From NCBI GenBank assembly GCA_017415485.1, contig JAFQGP010000016.1, forward strand, positions 1 to 57,031: a DNA stretch of 57,031 nucleotides, in the 5' to 3' direction. Source of the stretch: Clostridia bacterium (GTDB lineage: Bacteria; Bacillota; Clostridia; Oscillospirales; CAG-272). The position numbers and the translations under genes are program-made. Each line of letters begins with the position of its first letter. Position 1 is the first letter of the stretch. The notes below the pieces were generated by a model. The model saw only the letters and a program-made list of their open reading frames with translations. It was not told the origin of the DNA and searched no databases. Below are positions 45,980 to 55,543 of the stretch, piece after piece.

Positions 45980-47418
45980 AGATATACATAGGAATCGACG
46001 TCGGCACGACCTCGCTCAAGGCGCTTGCCCTCACCGAAAAGGGCGAGTGCGTTGCTACCGCCAAGAGCTCTTATGAGCTTTTCGCAAACGGTGCCGAGGC
46101 GACGCAGAACGCAAACGATTGGTACGAAGCCGCAGTCGGCGCCATCCGCGAGATCGCGGAAAAAGTCAAGGATCTTGGCGAGATCTGCGCCATTTCGGTA
46201 TCGGCGCAGGGCGGCGCGACGGTTTTGCTTGACGGATCGGGCAAAACGATCACTCCCGCCTACTCCTGGATGGACAACCGCGCCACCCGCGAGAGCGAGG
46301 AGCTGAAAAATACTTTCGGCGACGAGCTGTTTTACAGCCGATGCGGCTGGAGAATGCAGCCGAACGCGGACGCGGCAAAGCTTCTTTGGATGAAGAAGAA
46401 CATTTCCGAAATTTATGAAAGCGCGGCATCCTTCCCCTCGACGCTCGGGTTTATCAACCAAAGATTGACCGGAAATATCGTTGAGGACCCCACCTGCGCC
46501 GCCATTCGCCGACTTTACGACATAAACGAAAAGAAGATGAGCGGCGATATTCTCGATCATCTCGGTCTTGCTGAGGAAAAACTCCCCGAAACGCTCCCCA
46601 CGGGCGTGCTCGTGGGCAATCTTACCGCCGAAGCCGCCGCTCAGACGGGGCTTTGCAAGTCTGTCCGCGTTTACAACGGCGCGCACGATCAGTATTGTGC
46701 CTCGATCGGCAGCGGAACCGTCGAAGCGGGTCAACTCCTGCTTGCCACGGGCACAGCTTGGGTGCTTTTCGGAGTCACCGAAACTCCACTTTTCGGTAAA
46801 AGCAGAATTTCGCCCTGCATTCACCCCGCGGGCGGCTACGGCGCGCTTTCGACCGTTTCGGGCATCGGCGCGGCTTTTGAGTGGCTTTCGAAGCTGACAA
46901 ACACCCCCATCCCCGAGCTTTCCGCGGGTGCAGAGGCTCGAAAGGGCAAAAACGACACCCTCTTTTTCCGCCCGTCGGCAACGGGCACGGGTCTTTTGAT
47001 CGGTCAGAGCGTCGGCGCGCATATCACGGGGCTTACGATCGGGCACGACAAATACGATCTTGCGCTTGCGCTGATGGAAGGCGCGGCTTTCGAGACCGCC
47101 CTCAACATCGAGGAATACAAAAAGAGCGGTATGAGCGCGCCCGCGTCGATCACAATGGCGGGCGGAGCGACGGCAAGCCGATTCTGGCAGAGCCTGATCG
47201 CCGACGTCACGGGGCTTGACGTCTATGCAAGCACGCAGACCGACTCCCCCGCTCTCGGCGCCGCCATACTTGCCGCGGCATCCGATAGCGGCGAGGACAT
47301 CTCTGCCGTTGCCCGTCGCACATCGGCAGGCAGCCGAAAGGTTTCGCCCTCGGAATATTCGGAATATTATAATAGGAAGTTTAATTCATACAAGCAATGG
47401 CGCAAATCGCACCCGTAG
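45976..47418 (+). CDS. FGGY-family carbohydrate kinase (xylulokinase-like)
   Basis: ATG at 45976 overlapping the upstream stop; GIDVGTTSLK, WMDNR, GAHDQ, ATGT and GGA..S..W...ADV. Confidence 0.9.
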   Translation: MKIYIGIDVGTTSLKALALTEKGECVATAKSSYELFANGAEATQNANDWYEAAVGAIREIAEKVKDLGEICAISVSAQGGATVLLDGSGKTITPAYSWMDNRATRESEELKNTFGDELFYSRCGWRMQPNADAAKLLWMKKNISEIYESAASFPSTLGFINQRLTGNIVEDPTCAAIRRLYDINEKKMSGDILDHLGLAEEKLPETLPTGVLVGNLTAEAAAQTGLCKSVRVYNGAHDQYCASIGSGTVEAGQLLLATGTAWVLFGVTETPLFGKSRISPCIHPAGGYGALSTVSGIGAAFEWLSKLTNTPIPELSAGAEARKGKNDTLFFRPSATGTGLLIGQSVGAHITGLTIGHDKYDLALALMEGAAFETALNIEEYKKSGMSAPASITMAGGATASRFWQSLIADVTGLDVYASTQTDSPALGAAILAAASDSGEDISAVARRTSAGSRKVSPSEYSEYYNRKFNSYKQWRKSHP

Positions 47419-47454
47419 TGCATATCTGTCAACTTCTGAGTTGACAGATATGCA

Positions 47455-47580
47455 GTGATATATTTCGCCGTTGGCGAAATGTGATATTTTGCTGCGCAAA
47501 GTGATATTCGCGCTTCGCGCGAGTGATATATTTCGCCGTTGGCGAAATGTTAAGGTAGAAATTTGCCTTTGGCAAATTTC
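47455..47580 (+). repeat. Hairpin array with gtgatat linkers
   Basis: gtgatata tttcgccgttggcgaaa t gtgatat tttgctgcgcaaa gtgatat tcgcgcttcgcgcga gtgatata tttcgccgttggcgaaa t gttaaggta gaaatttgcctttggcaaatttc. Confidence 0.85.
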
Positions 47581-47608
47581 AGAATTTAATTAAATAAGGA
47601 GTAGCGAA

Positions 47609-49627
47609 ATGAAGAAGGGGTTACTTATATTGTTACTAATATTCGTGCTTGTGGCTTTCGCGGCGTGCGAAACGCCGCCGCTGCCGGGGCCCGAAGAAAC
47701 ACTCGGTGAAACCGTGGCAGAAACCGAAGCACTCACCGAGCACGTTCACGAATACATCGAGGAATTAAAGGCTCCCACCTGCACCGAGCCGGGGTATTTT
47801 GAGCGCAAATGCTCTTGCGGGGACGTGCAGAGGACGGATACCTCTCCGAAGGGTCACACTTACGGCGCTTGGGAGACTTTGAGCGCTCCCACCTGTGCCG
47901 CCGAGGGCAAGCGCGCGGCGAGCTGTACCGTTTGCGGCGAGAAGATCGAGGAAGTCATCCCCGCGGGCGAATCCTCGCTTGACGGCAAAAAAATTATGTT
48001 CGCGGGCAACTCGCTGACATATTACGGCGAGGTCGTCATCAACTCGGACGGCAGCCCGACGCAGTCCAAAGGCGTATTTGAAAAGATCGCCGAGACTTTC
48101 GGCGACAAGGTGAAGGTCACCAACTTCACCTACGGCTCTGCGGGATTCGTTGACGGCCGCGACAAGGCTTCGACCGACAAGATCCCCACAAGCTACAAGG
48201 ACTACGGCCTTTACCAGCTCATGCTCGAGCTTCACCCCAACCACTACGGCAACAAAGACGGCAAGGAAATGGACTCCTTCTACGATCAGGACGTCGTCAT
48301 TTTCCAGCAAAGAGGCGCCTCGATCGCGGATTCCTACGATCAGGTCATGAAGATCGCCGCCCTCTTCCCCGAGGACACGCAGTTTGCCGTCATCATCACC
48401 CACTATGACACCAAAAACACCGCCACATCCTCGGCTCTGAAGAAGACCCTCGCCGACAGCTGGGTGGTCATCCCCGCGGGCGACCTTGTCACCGACCTCT
48501 GGAACGGCAGACTCAAGGGGATGGAATTCAAATACACAAAGAACGATTTCGTCATCACCAAGGACAACGTTCACCCCAACTACCTGACGGGCTACATCAA
48601 GGCGCTGATGACATATTGCGCACTGACAGGTCGCTCGGCGGAGGGAGTGGATTACTCCTTCGTCAACCGCTCGACCTCCTATTACACAAGCGCGGCGGAA
48701 ACGCAGTTTGAGGATGTTCTTGCATCCTCCACCGAAATGCTCCGCATTCAGGAGCTGATCGACGATTACATAGTCAAAGCCGGCAACAAGCCCGCCGCGG
48801 CGCATTCCTATACCGAATGGAAGGAAATTTCGGCGCCCACCTGCACGAAAGCGGGCGAAAAAGCGCGCGAGTGTACTGCTTGCGGCAAAAAGGAGAGCGT
48901 GGCGCTCACACTTCCCCACACCTACGGCGACTGGAAGGTGGCAACCGCCGCCACCGCCTCTGCCAAGGGCACCAAGGAGCGCGCCTGCACCCTTTGCGGC
49001 GCGAAGGAAACGAAATCCTACACCTTCAACCTGCTTTACGGCAAGTCGCTCGCGAAGACCGAGTCCTTCGGTCTTTCCACCATCTCGAACCCCGCAAATC
49101 AGACCGACGGCAAATACGTTTACGATAAGGACGCAAAATCGACCTACACCGACTTCAAGATGACTTTTTCCAAGTCGCAATGCGCCGATTACACTTCGAT
49201 CTCACAGCTTTATAACGAAAAGGGTCAGCTTGCGGCAGACGGAAAATACCTCTGCGGATTTTGGTTTGAGCTTGACGAGACCGCCTTCATCGACTCGTTC
49301 TCGCTCTACAACAGCGGCGTGACCTACGATATTGACGGATTTGATATTCTTGTCAGCACCGACGGCGAGAACTGGACGGTGGCGTGGTCGGGCGAAAAGC
49401 TTGCATCGGGTCTGAAATACGAAAAGGTCGATGCAACCACCAACAAGATCACCGCGTCCTTCGCAAAGGCAGAGGCGAAATACGTTATGTTCGCCCTCAC
49501 CGCGCCCAGAAGCCGCGACGCCTCGGGTGTGTCTGCCTTTAATCAGAAATACGGAGTCACCGCCGAAGTCAACGCAAATCCCCACTATTTCCGAATCGTC
49601 GAATTTGAACTTTACGAGGCAAATTAA
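47609..49627 (+). CDS. Lipoprotein with an SGNH-like esterase domain, Cys-rich PTC repeats and a discoidin-like C-terminal domain
   Basis: Lipobox FAAC, APTCT..G...C..CG repeats, FAGNSLTY and DNVHP, and VSTDGENWT...IVEFELY. Confidence 0.7.
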   Translation: MKKGLLILLLIFVLVAFAACETPPLPGPEETLGETVAETEALTEHVHEYIEELKAPTCTEPGYFERKCSCGDVQRTDTSPKGHTYGAWETLSAPTCAAEGKRAASCTVCGEKIEEVIPAGESSLDGKKIMFAGNSLTYYGEVVINSDGSPTQSKGVFEKIAETFGDKVKVTNFTYGSAGFVDGRDKASTDKIPTSYKDYGLYQLMLELHPNHYGNKDGKEMDSFYDQDVVIFQQRGASIADSYDQVMKIAALFPEDTQFAVIITHYDTKNTATSSALKKTLADSWVVIPAGDLVTDLWNGRLKGMEFKYTKNDFVITKDNVHPNYLTGYIKALMTYCALTGRSAEGVDYSFVNRSTSYYTSAAETQFEDVLASSTEMLRIQELIDDYIVKAGNKPAAAHSYTEWKEISAPTCTKAGEKARECTACGKKESVALTLPHTYGDWKVATAATASAKGTKERACTLCGAKETKSYTFNLLYGKSLAKTESFGLSTISNPANQTDGKYVYDKDAKSTYTDFKMTFSKSQCADYTSISQLYNEKGQLAADGKYLCGFWFELDETAFIDSFSLYNSGVTYDIDGFDILVSTDGENWTVAWSGEKLASGLKYEKVDATTNKITASFAKAEAKYVMFALTAPRSRDASGVSAFNQKYGVTAEVNANPHYFRIVEFELYEAN

Positions 49628-49641
49628 TAAGGAGAACAAAA

Positions 49642-50664
49642 ATGTTTGGAGTACAACTTACAGATTACGATAAGAAAGTTTACGAAGAAAAGCTCGCGGA
49701 TTTTCTGCCAGATAAGATAATCGACGCGCACGCGCACGTCTGGACCGACGGAATGAAGCGCAAAAAGCCCGAGGAGCGCAAGGGTTGCGTCTCCTGGACC
49801 GAGCTCGTCGCGCCCAATATGACCTATGAAGACATCGCCGAAACCGCGCGCAACGTCTTCCCCGGCAAGGAAGTGACCTCGCTCATCATGGGCTCGCCCA
49901 CTTGCTACCTCGATAAAGTCAACGGCTACGTCACCGATCTCATCAAGAATCAAGGCGCGCACGGACTTTACTGCACGTCCTACAAGACCACCAAGCGCGA
50001 CATTATCAATGCGATGGCGCAGGGCTACCTCGGAATCAAGCCCTATCAGGCAAACTGCGCTCCCTACATCCCCGCCTCCGAGATCAGGATCTTCGATTTC
50101 CTTCCCCACGAGCATCTTGAGGTTATGAACGACCTTGGCGGCATCGTCATTCTCCACATCCCGCGCTCGATGCGACTGAAAGATCCCGTCAACCTCGCGC
50201 AGATGCAGGAGATCGACGAAAGATACCCGAATGCGAAGGTCATCATCGCACACGTCGGCAGAGCCTACGTCTACGAAGACATCGGCGACGCCTTTGACGT
50301 CATCAAGAATACCAAAAATCTCTACTACGATTTCTCCGCGAACGTTTACGACTACGCAATGGAAAGGCTGATCGACGCGGTCGGACCGCAGCGCGTGCTT
50401 TACGGCTCGGATATGCCCTACACCAAGATGCGTATGTACCGCATCAACGACGGAGGAAAGTACGTCAACGTCGTTCCGCGCGGACTTTACGGCGACGTTT
50501 CGAACGACAAGCAGATGCGCGAGACCGACGAGAGCGACATCACCCTCTTCATCTACGAGGAGCTCCTCGCCTTCCGCCGCGCCGCAGAAAAGCTTGGTCT
50601 TACAAAGCAAGACGTCAGCGACATTATGTACGGCAACGCCGCACGCTATCTCAACATCAAATAA
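49642..50664 (+). CDS. Amidohydrolase-superfamily protein (amidohydro_2-like)
   Basis: IIDAHAH, GIKPY, ILHIPR, IAHVGR and YGSDMP. Confidence 0.88.
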   Translation: MFGVQLTDYDKKVYEEKLADFLPDKIIDAHAHVWTDGMKRKKPEERKGCVSWTELVAPNMTYEDIAETARNVFPGKEVTSLIMGSPTCYLDKVNGYVTDLIKNQGAHGLYCTSYKTTKRDIINAMAQGYLGIKPYQANCAPYIPASEIRIFDFLPHEHLEVMNDLGGIVILHIPRSMRLKDPVNLAQMQEIDERYPNAKVIIAHVGRAYVYEDIGDAFDVIKNTKNLYYDFSANVYDYAMERLIDAVGPQRVLYGSDMPYTKMRMYRINDGGKYVNVVPRGLYGDVSNDKQMRETDESDITLFIYEELLAFRRAAEKLGLTKQDVSDIMYGNAARYLNIK

Positions 50665-50680
50665 GAAAGGATTTTGAATT

Positions 50681-52078
50681 ATGAAAAAGGTTAAAATCGG
50701 TTTTCTTCCTCTTTATATAAAGCTTTATGACGACTGCGGCAGCGGTGCTGTCGGCAGACCCAGACTCGAGCCTTTCTATGAAAGACTCGCTTGCGAGCTC
50801 GAAGCGCGCGGATTTGAGGTCATCCGCAACGAATTTTGCCGCATCAAGCCCGAATTTGCGGCTGCTGTTGAAAAATTCGAGAAAGCGGGCGCGGATTGCA
50901 TCGTCACCTGGCACGCGGCTTACTCCCCCTCGCTTGAGTCGATCGACGCCCTTGCGGGAACCGAACTCCCCATAATCGTCCTCGACACCACCGAAACCTA
51001 CGATTTCAGTCCCGCACAGAACCCCGCCGAGATCAGCTTCTGCCACGGAATCCACGGAGTTATGGATATGTGCTCCCTGCTCCGCCAGCGCGGAAAGGCT
51101 TATGCCGTTTGCGCGGGTCACATCGAGCATTCCGACGTGCTCGACAAGGTTGCGGGCTACGTTAAAGCCGCAGGCGCGGCACGTGCTCTCGCGGGCAGCC
51201 GCGCGGGCTCGGTTGGCGGCTCCTTCGACGGTATGGGCGACTTCCTCATCGACGACGAGACCCTTCTTTCCCGCTTCGGCGTGACTGCCGTTTACCCCGA
51301 GGCAGGCGAGCTCGACGCTCTCCGCGAATCCGTCACCCCTGCCGAGGTCGAGGCTGAGATCAAGGAAAACAACGAGCTCTTCTACGAGATCGAGCCCGTT
51401 GACACCGACTCCCACGCCGAGACCGTCCGCAACTGCCTTGCAGTTCGCAAATTCATCGAAAAACACGATCTTGACGCTTTCACGATCAACTTCCGCAAGA
51501 TCGGCGGCGACAGCGGCATCAAGGCGATGCCCTTCATCGAGGCTTGCAAGGCAATGGCTCGCGGCATCGGATACGCGGGAGAGGGCGACATCCTCACCGC
51601 CTCCCTCGTCGGCGCGCTGCTCAAGTCCTATGACGGCGCAACCTTCGCCGAGATCTTCTGCCCCGACTGGAAGAACGGCTCGCTCCTTATTTCTCATATG
51701 GGTGAATACAACCTCGCGCTCACCAAAGCAAAGCCCGGAATGAAGAAGATCAACTTCATCTACGGCGAAAACACCCTCGACCCCGTCGTCGCCTACGGTT
51801 GCTATCGCGCGGGCAAGGCTGTCTTCATCAACCTTTATAAGAGCGAGGAAGGCTACAAGCTCTTCATCTCGCCCATCGAGATGCTCGACGTGCCCACCGA
51901 CGTTTTCGAAGCGAAGGTCAGAGGCTGGTTCAAGCCCGCCGCTCCCCTTCCCGAGTTCCTTGAGCAGCTCAGCAACGCCGGCGCGACCCACCACAGCGCC
52001 ATCATCTACGACGCCACCGTCGATCAGATGAAGTATTTTGCCTCCCTCCTCGACCTCCCCACAGTTGTTGTGGAGTAA
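50681..52078 (+). CDS. L-arabinose/L-fucose isomerase-family protein
   Basis: AYSPS, CHGIHG, GYAGEGD, FAE, SHMGE and GATHHS. Confidence 0.82.
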   Translation: MKKVKIGFLPLYIKLYDDCGSGAVGRPRLEPFYERLACELEARGFEVIRNEFCRIKPEFAAAVEKFEKAGADCIVTWHAAYSPSLESIDALAGTELPIIVLDTTETYDFSPAQNPAEISFCHGIHGVMDMCSLLRQRGKAYAVCAGHIEHSDVLDKVAGYVKAAGAARALAGSRAGSVGGSFDGMGDFLIDDETLLSRFGVTAVYPEAGELDALRESVTPAEVEAEIKENNELFYEIEPVDTDSHAETVRNCLAVRKFIEKHDLDAFTINFRKIGGDSGIKAMPFIEACKAMARGIGYAGEGDILTASLVGALLKSYDGATFAEIFCPDWKNGSLLISHMGEYNLALTKAKPGMKKINFIYGENTLDPVVAYGCYRAGKAVFINLYKSEEGYKLFISPIEMLDVPTDVFEAKVRGWFKPAAPLPEFLEQLSNAGATHHSAIIYDATVDQMKYFASLLDLPTVVVE

Positions 52079-52099
52079 TTGAATAGAAAGGAATACACC

Positions 52100-52906
52100 A
52101 TGTCTACTTTGCTTCCCCGCACAGCGGATGCTGACGTTCGCGTCATGTCCAGCAATATTTTGTTTGATAAGACCCTCCAGGACCGCCTCCCCTTGATCGC
52201 CGACTACTATCGCGCAAGCGATGCCGATCTGATCGGTATGCAGGAGGTCAACCGCGTCGGAACCGCACTTTTTGAGACGCTTTCCGACATTTATGCTCCC
52301 GTCGCACTGCGCCACGCGGAGGATAAGCATTGCTATACCCCCATTCTCTACCGCCACGACCGTTTTGAACTGCTCGAGGGCGGAAGCGAGCTTTACCGCA
52401 GCCGCGGCACCGATACCAAGTCGATGGCGTGGGCAGTCCTTTCCGATAAGAAAAGCGGCAAAAAGCTTGCGCTGATCAACTCCCACGGCTCGCTGATCCT
52501 GAAATCCTACAACCTCGAGGCGACCAACGCCGTCGAGGGCGAGATGTGGCGCGTCGATAACGTCTGCCAGATGCTCGAAAAGAAGGACGAGCTCCGCGCA
52601 AAATACGGCGCCGACCTCCCCGTTTTCGTCACCGGGGACTTCAACGCCCACCCGGAAAGCGACTCGATCCGGAATATGAAGAAGGTCCTGCCCGACAGCG
52701 CCGATATCGCAACCATCAGCGCGACCACCGGCATCAACTCCTTCCACGGCGTCCCCGGCCGCCCCTGCCCCGAAGGTACACCCATCGACTTTGTCTTCGT
52801 CACCGATGACGCAGTAAAAATCCTCGTCCACTGCATCCCCGACGACGAAACCGCCCTCGCCATCTCCGATCACAGCCCCGTCTGCGTAGACGCGGAATTG
52901 ATCTGA
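52100..52906 (+). CDS. Endonuclease/exonuclease/phosphatase (EEP) family protein
   Basis: VMSSNI, GMQEV, NSH, TGDFN, IDFVF and SDHSPV. ATG at 52100 after GAAAGG. Confidence 0.9.
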   Translation: MSTLLPRTADADVRVMSSNILFDKTLQDRLPLIADYYRASDADLIGMQEVNRVGTALFETLSDIYAPVALRHAEDKHCYTPILYRHDRFELLEGGSELYRSRGTDTKSMAWAVLSDKKSGKKLALINSHGSLILKSYNLEATNAVEGEMWRVDNVCQMLEKKDELRAKYGADLPVFVTGDFNAHPESDSIRNMKKVLPDSADIATISATTGINSFHGVPGRPCPEGTPIDFVFVTDDAVKILVHCIPDDETALAISDHSPVCVDAELI

Positions 52907-52915
52907 CCTATAGAA

Positions 52916-52947
52916 AAGCCCTCTGCAGATCTTTTGCAGAGGGCTTT
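52916..52947 (+). terminator. Terminator of the catabolic operon
   Basis: aaagccctctgcaga-tc-tttgcagagggcttt hairpin. Confidence 0.65.
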
Positions 52948-53049
52948 GCGATGATTTGATTCGATTGAGAAATTTGAAATTTGTTTTAATTGAAAAAACA
53001 CTATATTGAATACGCGGTATTAATTGCGGAAAATAATATAACATATATA

Positions 53050-53095
53050 TTGACAAAATAACATTGTTGTGTTATAATATAAAAAACGATGTTAT
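53050..53095 (+). promoter_or_regulatory. Consensus sigma-A promoter overlapped by an inverted-repeat operator
   Basis: TTGACA (53050-53055), 17 bp, TATAAT (53073-53078). ataacattgtt (53058-53068) and aacgatgttat (53085-53095) are 10/11 inverted repeats. Confidence 0.7.
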
Positions 53096-53107
53096 AAGGA
53101 GTTGGAT

Positions 53108-54028
53108 ATGGAGCAGTATATTAAATCCGCATTGGGTTACGATATAATTTCAGAGAAATATGATATTCCGAAAAATACTCCGCGGTACTTGATTGACGGT
53201 TATTCATATAACAAATACACAATTGAAGGACAAGATTGCCTTTTTGTTGCTCCGGCAGATTTTTCTCTCGCGAACTACAAAAAGCATTATGAGAAAATAA
53301 GACAGCTTACGGGATTTATTCCTGTGCTTGCGCTTCAAGGCATCACTCCATACCAAAGGAAAACCTTGATTGAGGAACACATCCCGTTTGTTGTTCCCGA
53401 GAGTCAGATATATCTCCCGTTCCTTGCTGTTTTACTTACGGAAAAGTATAAGAATAAGCGTGAGATCGTTAAATTCACACCAACTACACAGCTTGTTTTC
53501 CTCTATCTGTTTTATAACAGCACAAAGCTCACAGCGACAGATATTGCGTTGAAGCTTAATTGCACGGCTATGTCGGCAACAAGAGCATACAAGGCTCTTA
53601 CGGATTGCGGACTATTCAGCTACGAATGCGATGGCAGAAAGAAATATATCGTGCCGAATTACAAAGGCGGAGATCTTCTACGTGCAGCGGAAGAATATTT
53701 AGTTTCTCCCAAAGAGAAATCCGTTCTTGTCCCCTATGGTACCAAAACGGACGGCATGACTGTTTCGGGACTATATGCACTCGGACAAAAAACAATGCTT
53801 GCGGTCACCGACAAAGACCGGTGCTTTGCTATACCAAAGTCGGAAGACCTTGCGGTTGACGCTGATCTTGAAGATGGCATTTTGATTGAACAATGGAAAT
53901 ATGATCCCGCATTATTGGCGCAAAACGGTATCGTTGATGATATTTCTCTGATCCTTTTGCTGAAGGATAACGGAGATGAAAGAGTTCAAGCGGAGCTTGA
54001 CGGACTTAAGAGGTATCACGAATGGTAA
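53108..54028 (+). CDS. Winged-HTH (MarR-like) protein, putative AbiEi-like antitoxin/regulator
   Basis: Central HTH TATDIALKLNCTAMSATRAYKAL; LIEEHIPFVVP..QIYLPFL; terminal DERVQ. Overlaps the downstream nucleotidyltransferase-like gene. Confidence 0.65.
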   Translation: MEQYIKSALGYDIISEKYDIPKNTPRYLIDGYSYNKYTIEGQDCLFVAPADFSLANYKKHYEKIRQLTGFIPVLALQGITPYQRKTLIEEHIPFVVPESQIYLPFLAVLLTEKYKNKREIVKFTPTTQLVFLYLFYNSTKLTATDIALKLNCTAMSATRAYKALTDCGLFSYECDGRKKYIVPNYKGGDLLRAAEEYLVSPKEKSVLVPYGTKTDGMTVSGLYALGQKTMLAVTDKDRCFAIPKSEDLAVDADLEDGILIEQWKYDPALLAQNGIVDDISLILLLKDNGDERVQAELDGLKRYHEW

Positions 54029-54777
54029 ACGGAATAGAAAAATTCAAAGAGAAGTTTGAAAGCTTCAAAGGAAAATATACGCTTATCGGCGGCGTTGCAT
54101 GCGGACTGCTGATGGACGACGCAGGCCTCGACTTTCGCGCCACGCAGGACTTTGATATCGTACTGATTATCGAGTCAATGGATGAGGATTTTGGAAAAGC
54201 CATCTGGGACTTTATCCGTGAGGGCGGCTACAAGATCAGAGAAAAGAGTACGGGAGAGCCCGAGTTCTACAGATTCAAGAGTCCCGAGGACAGATCCTAT
54301 CCCAAAGAGATAGAGCTGTTTTCGAGAAAGAGTAAATTACTTAACTTTACGGATGAAGATCGTCTCACGCCGATACATATCTCGGATGAGATCTCGAGTC
54401 TTTCTGCAATCTTGCTTGATGACGAGTACTACTCATTCCTCTCCCACGGACTTACCGAGATTGAAGGAATACAAGTGTTAAACTATACACATATTATCCC
54501 GTTCAAAGCAAAAGCTTGGCTCGATCTCAAGGAACGCAAGGAAAACGGCGAAACTGTCGACAGTAAGAATATACTCAAGCACAAAAACGACGTCTTTCGT
54601 CTGTCACAGCTCCTTGCCGAAACGGATTCCATAATTTTAAGTGATGGAATCAAGGCTGACATGGCAAGCTTCGTTTTGCAAATGGAAAACGAAGACGTTG
54701 ACCTCAAAAACCTGAAGATCCGAGGCAATAAAAAAGACATCCTTTCTTTTATCTCGAAAGTATATAAGATTAATTAA
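54022..54777 (+). CDS. Putative nucleotidyltransferase (AbiEii/DUF1814-like)
   Basis: YTLIGGVAC...FRATQDFDI (GG.A...R.T.D.D), FKAKAW and KH.ND. Confidence 0.7.
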   Translation: MVNGIEKFKEKFESFKGKYTLIGGVACGLLMDDAGLDFRATQDFDIVLIIESMDEDFGKAIWDFIREGGYKIREKSTGEPEFYRFKSPEDRSYPKEIELFSRKSKLLNFTDEDRLTPIHISDEISSLSAILLDDEYYSFLSHGLTEIEGIQVLNYTHIIPFKAKAWLDLKERKENGETVDSKNILKHKNDVFRLSQLLAETDSIILSDGIKADMASFVLQMENEDVDLKNLKIRGNKKDILSFISKVYKIN

Positions 54778-54913
54778 CGTAAAATCGGGAATGCCTTTTG
54801 TGAATATGAACAAGAAGATTAAAAAACAAACGAGAGCTTGATCCGGGTCAAGTCCGGAGCTTCTGTGCAAAATCAACATAAAAATCTATTCAGAATAGGA
54901 ATGAAAAATTGAA

Positions 54914-55441
54914 ATGATATATGATGAAATATATAGAAAGTTCTATCGCGTAATAGTCAATTACTCTTATCGTCGGGTAAAAGATAAGTTTTACGCGGAA
55001 GAAGCGGCGAACGAAACATTCCGCTTGCTTTGGATAGAATGGCAGACTATGAGTTTTCCCAATGAAAACGCGTTGCTGTCATGGCTGTATAAAACGGCTG
55101 CCAACAAAATTAAAGAGCGCGGGAGAGATAAGCAAGCAAATTACATACCGCTCGACAGCGAAAGCGTGCGCAACATCGTTGATCTCCGCGCCGCGGTTGA
55201 TTACGAGGAAATTGATCCACAGAGAGAGGAACAAAAGTTACTTATGTATATGTCCGAGCTCAGGTGCCGGCTGAACGAAGAAGATCAAAAGCTGTTTGAC
55301 TTGGTGATCGTCGAGAAGCAACCGTACAAGATCGTTGCCGAAGAATTGAAGATAACGCCCGATGCAGCCAAAATGCGAAGTATGCGCCTCAGGCACCGAT
55401 TGCTGCAGTTCGTCGGTGAGATAACGTCAAAATGTAAATAA
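54914..55441 (+). CDS. ECF sigma-70 factor
   Basis: AEEAANETF...SWLYKTAAN (region 2) and PYKIVAEELKITPDAAKMRSMRLR (region 4). Confidence 0.85.
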   Translation: MIYDEIYRKFYRVIVNYSYRRVKDKFYAEEAANETFRLLWIEWQTMSFPNENALLSWLYKTAANKIKERGRDKQANYIPLDSESVRNIVDLRAAVDYEEIDPQREEQKLLMYMSELRCRLNEEDQKLFDLVIVEKQPYKIVAEELKITPDAAKMRSMRLRHRLLQFVGEITSKCK

Positions 55442-55543
55442 AATGTTAATTATAAAAAATAATCGTTACCATTGACCGTTTTTTGTCATTAATTGGCGAA
55501 GGCGGTGAGATTAATGTAATAAATAATAGCAAGGAGAACAAAT

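Noticed and set aside
47455-47580. Mini CRISPR array
   Set aside because: The constant part is only about 7 nt, the variable parts are self-complementary hairpins (one repeated exactly), and there are no cas genes. The same applies to 24093-24228 and 40681-40770.
50657-53056. 799-aa minus-strand ORF
   Set aside because: It is the antisense shadow of the isomerase and EEP genes, caused by GC-rich codon bias, and has no recognisable motifs.
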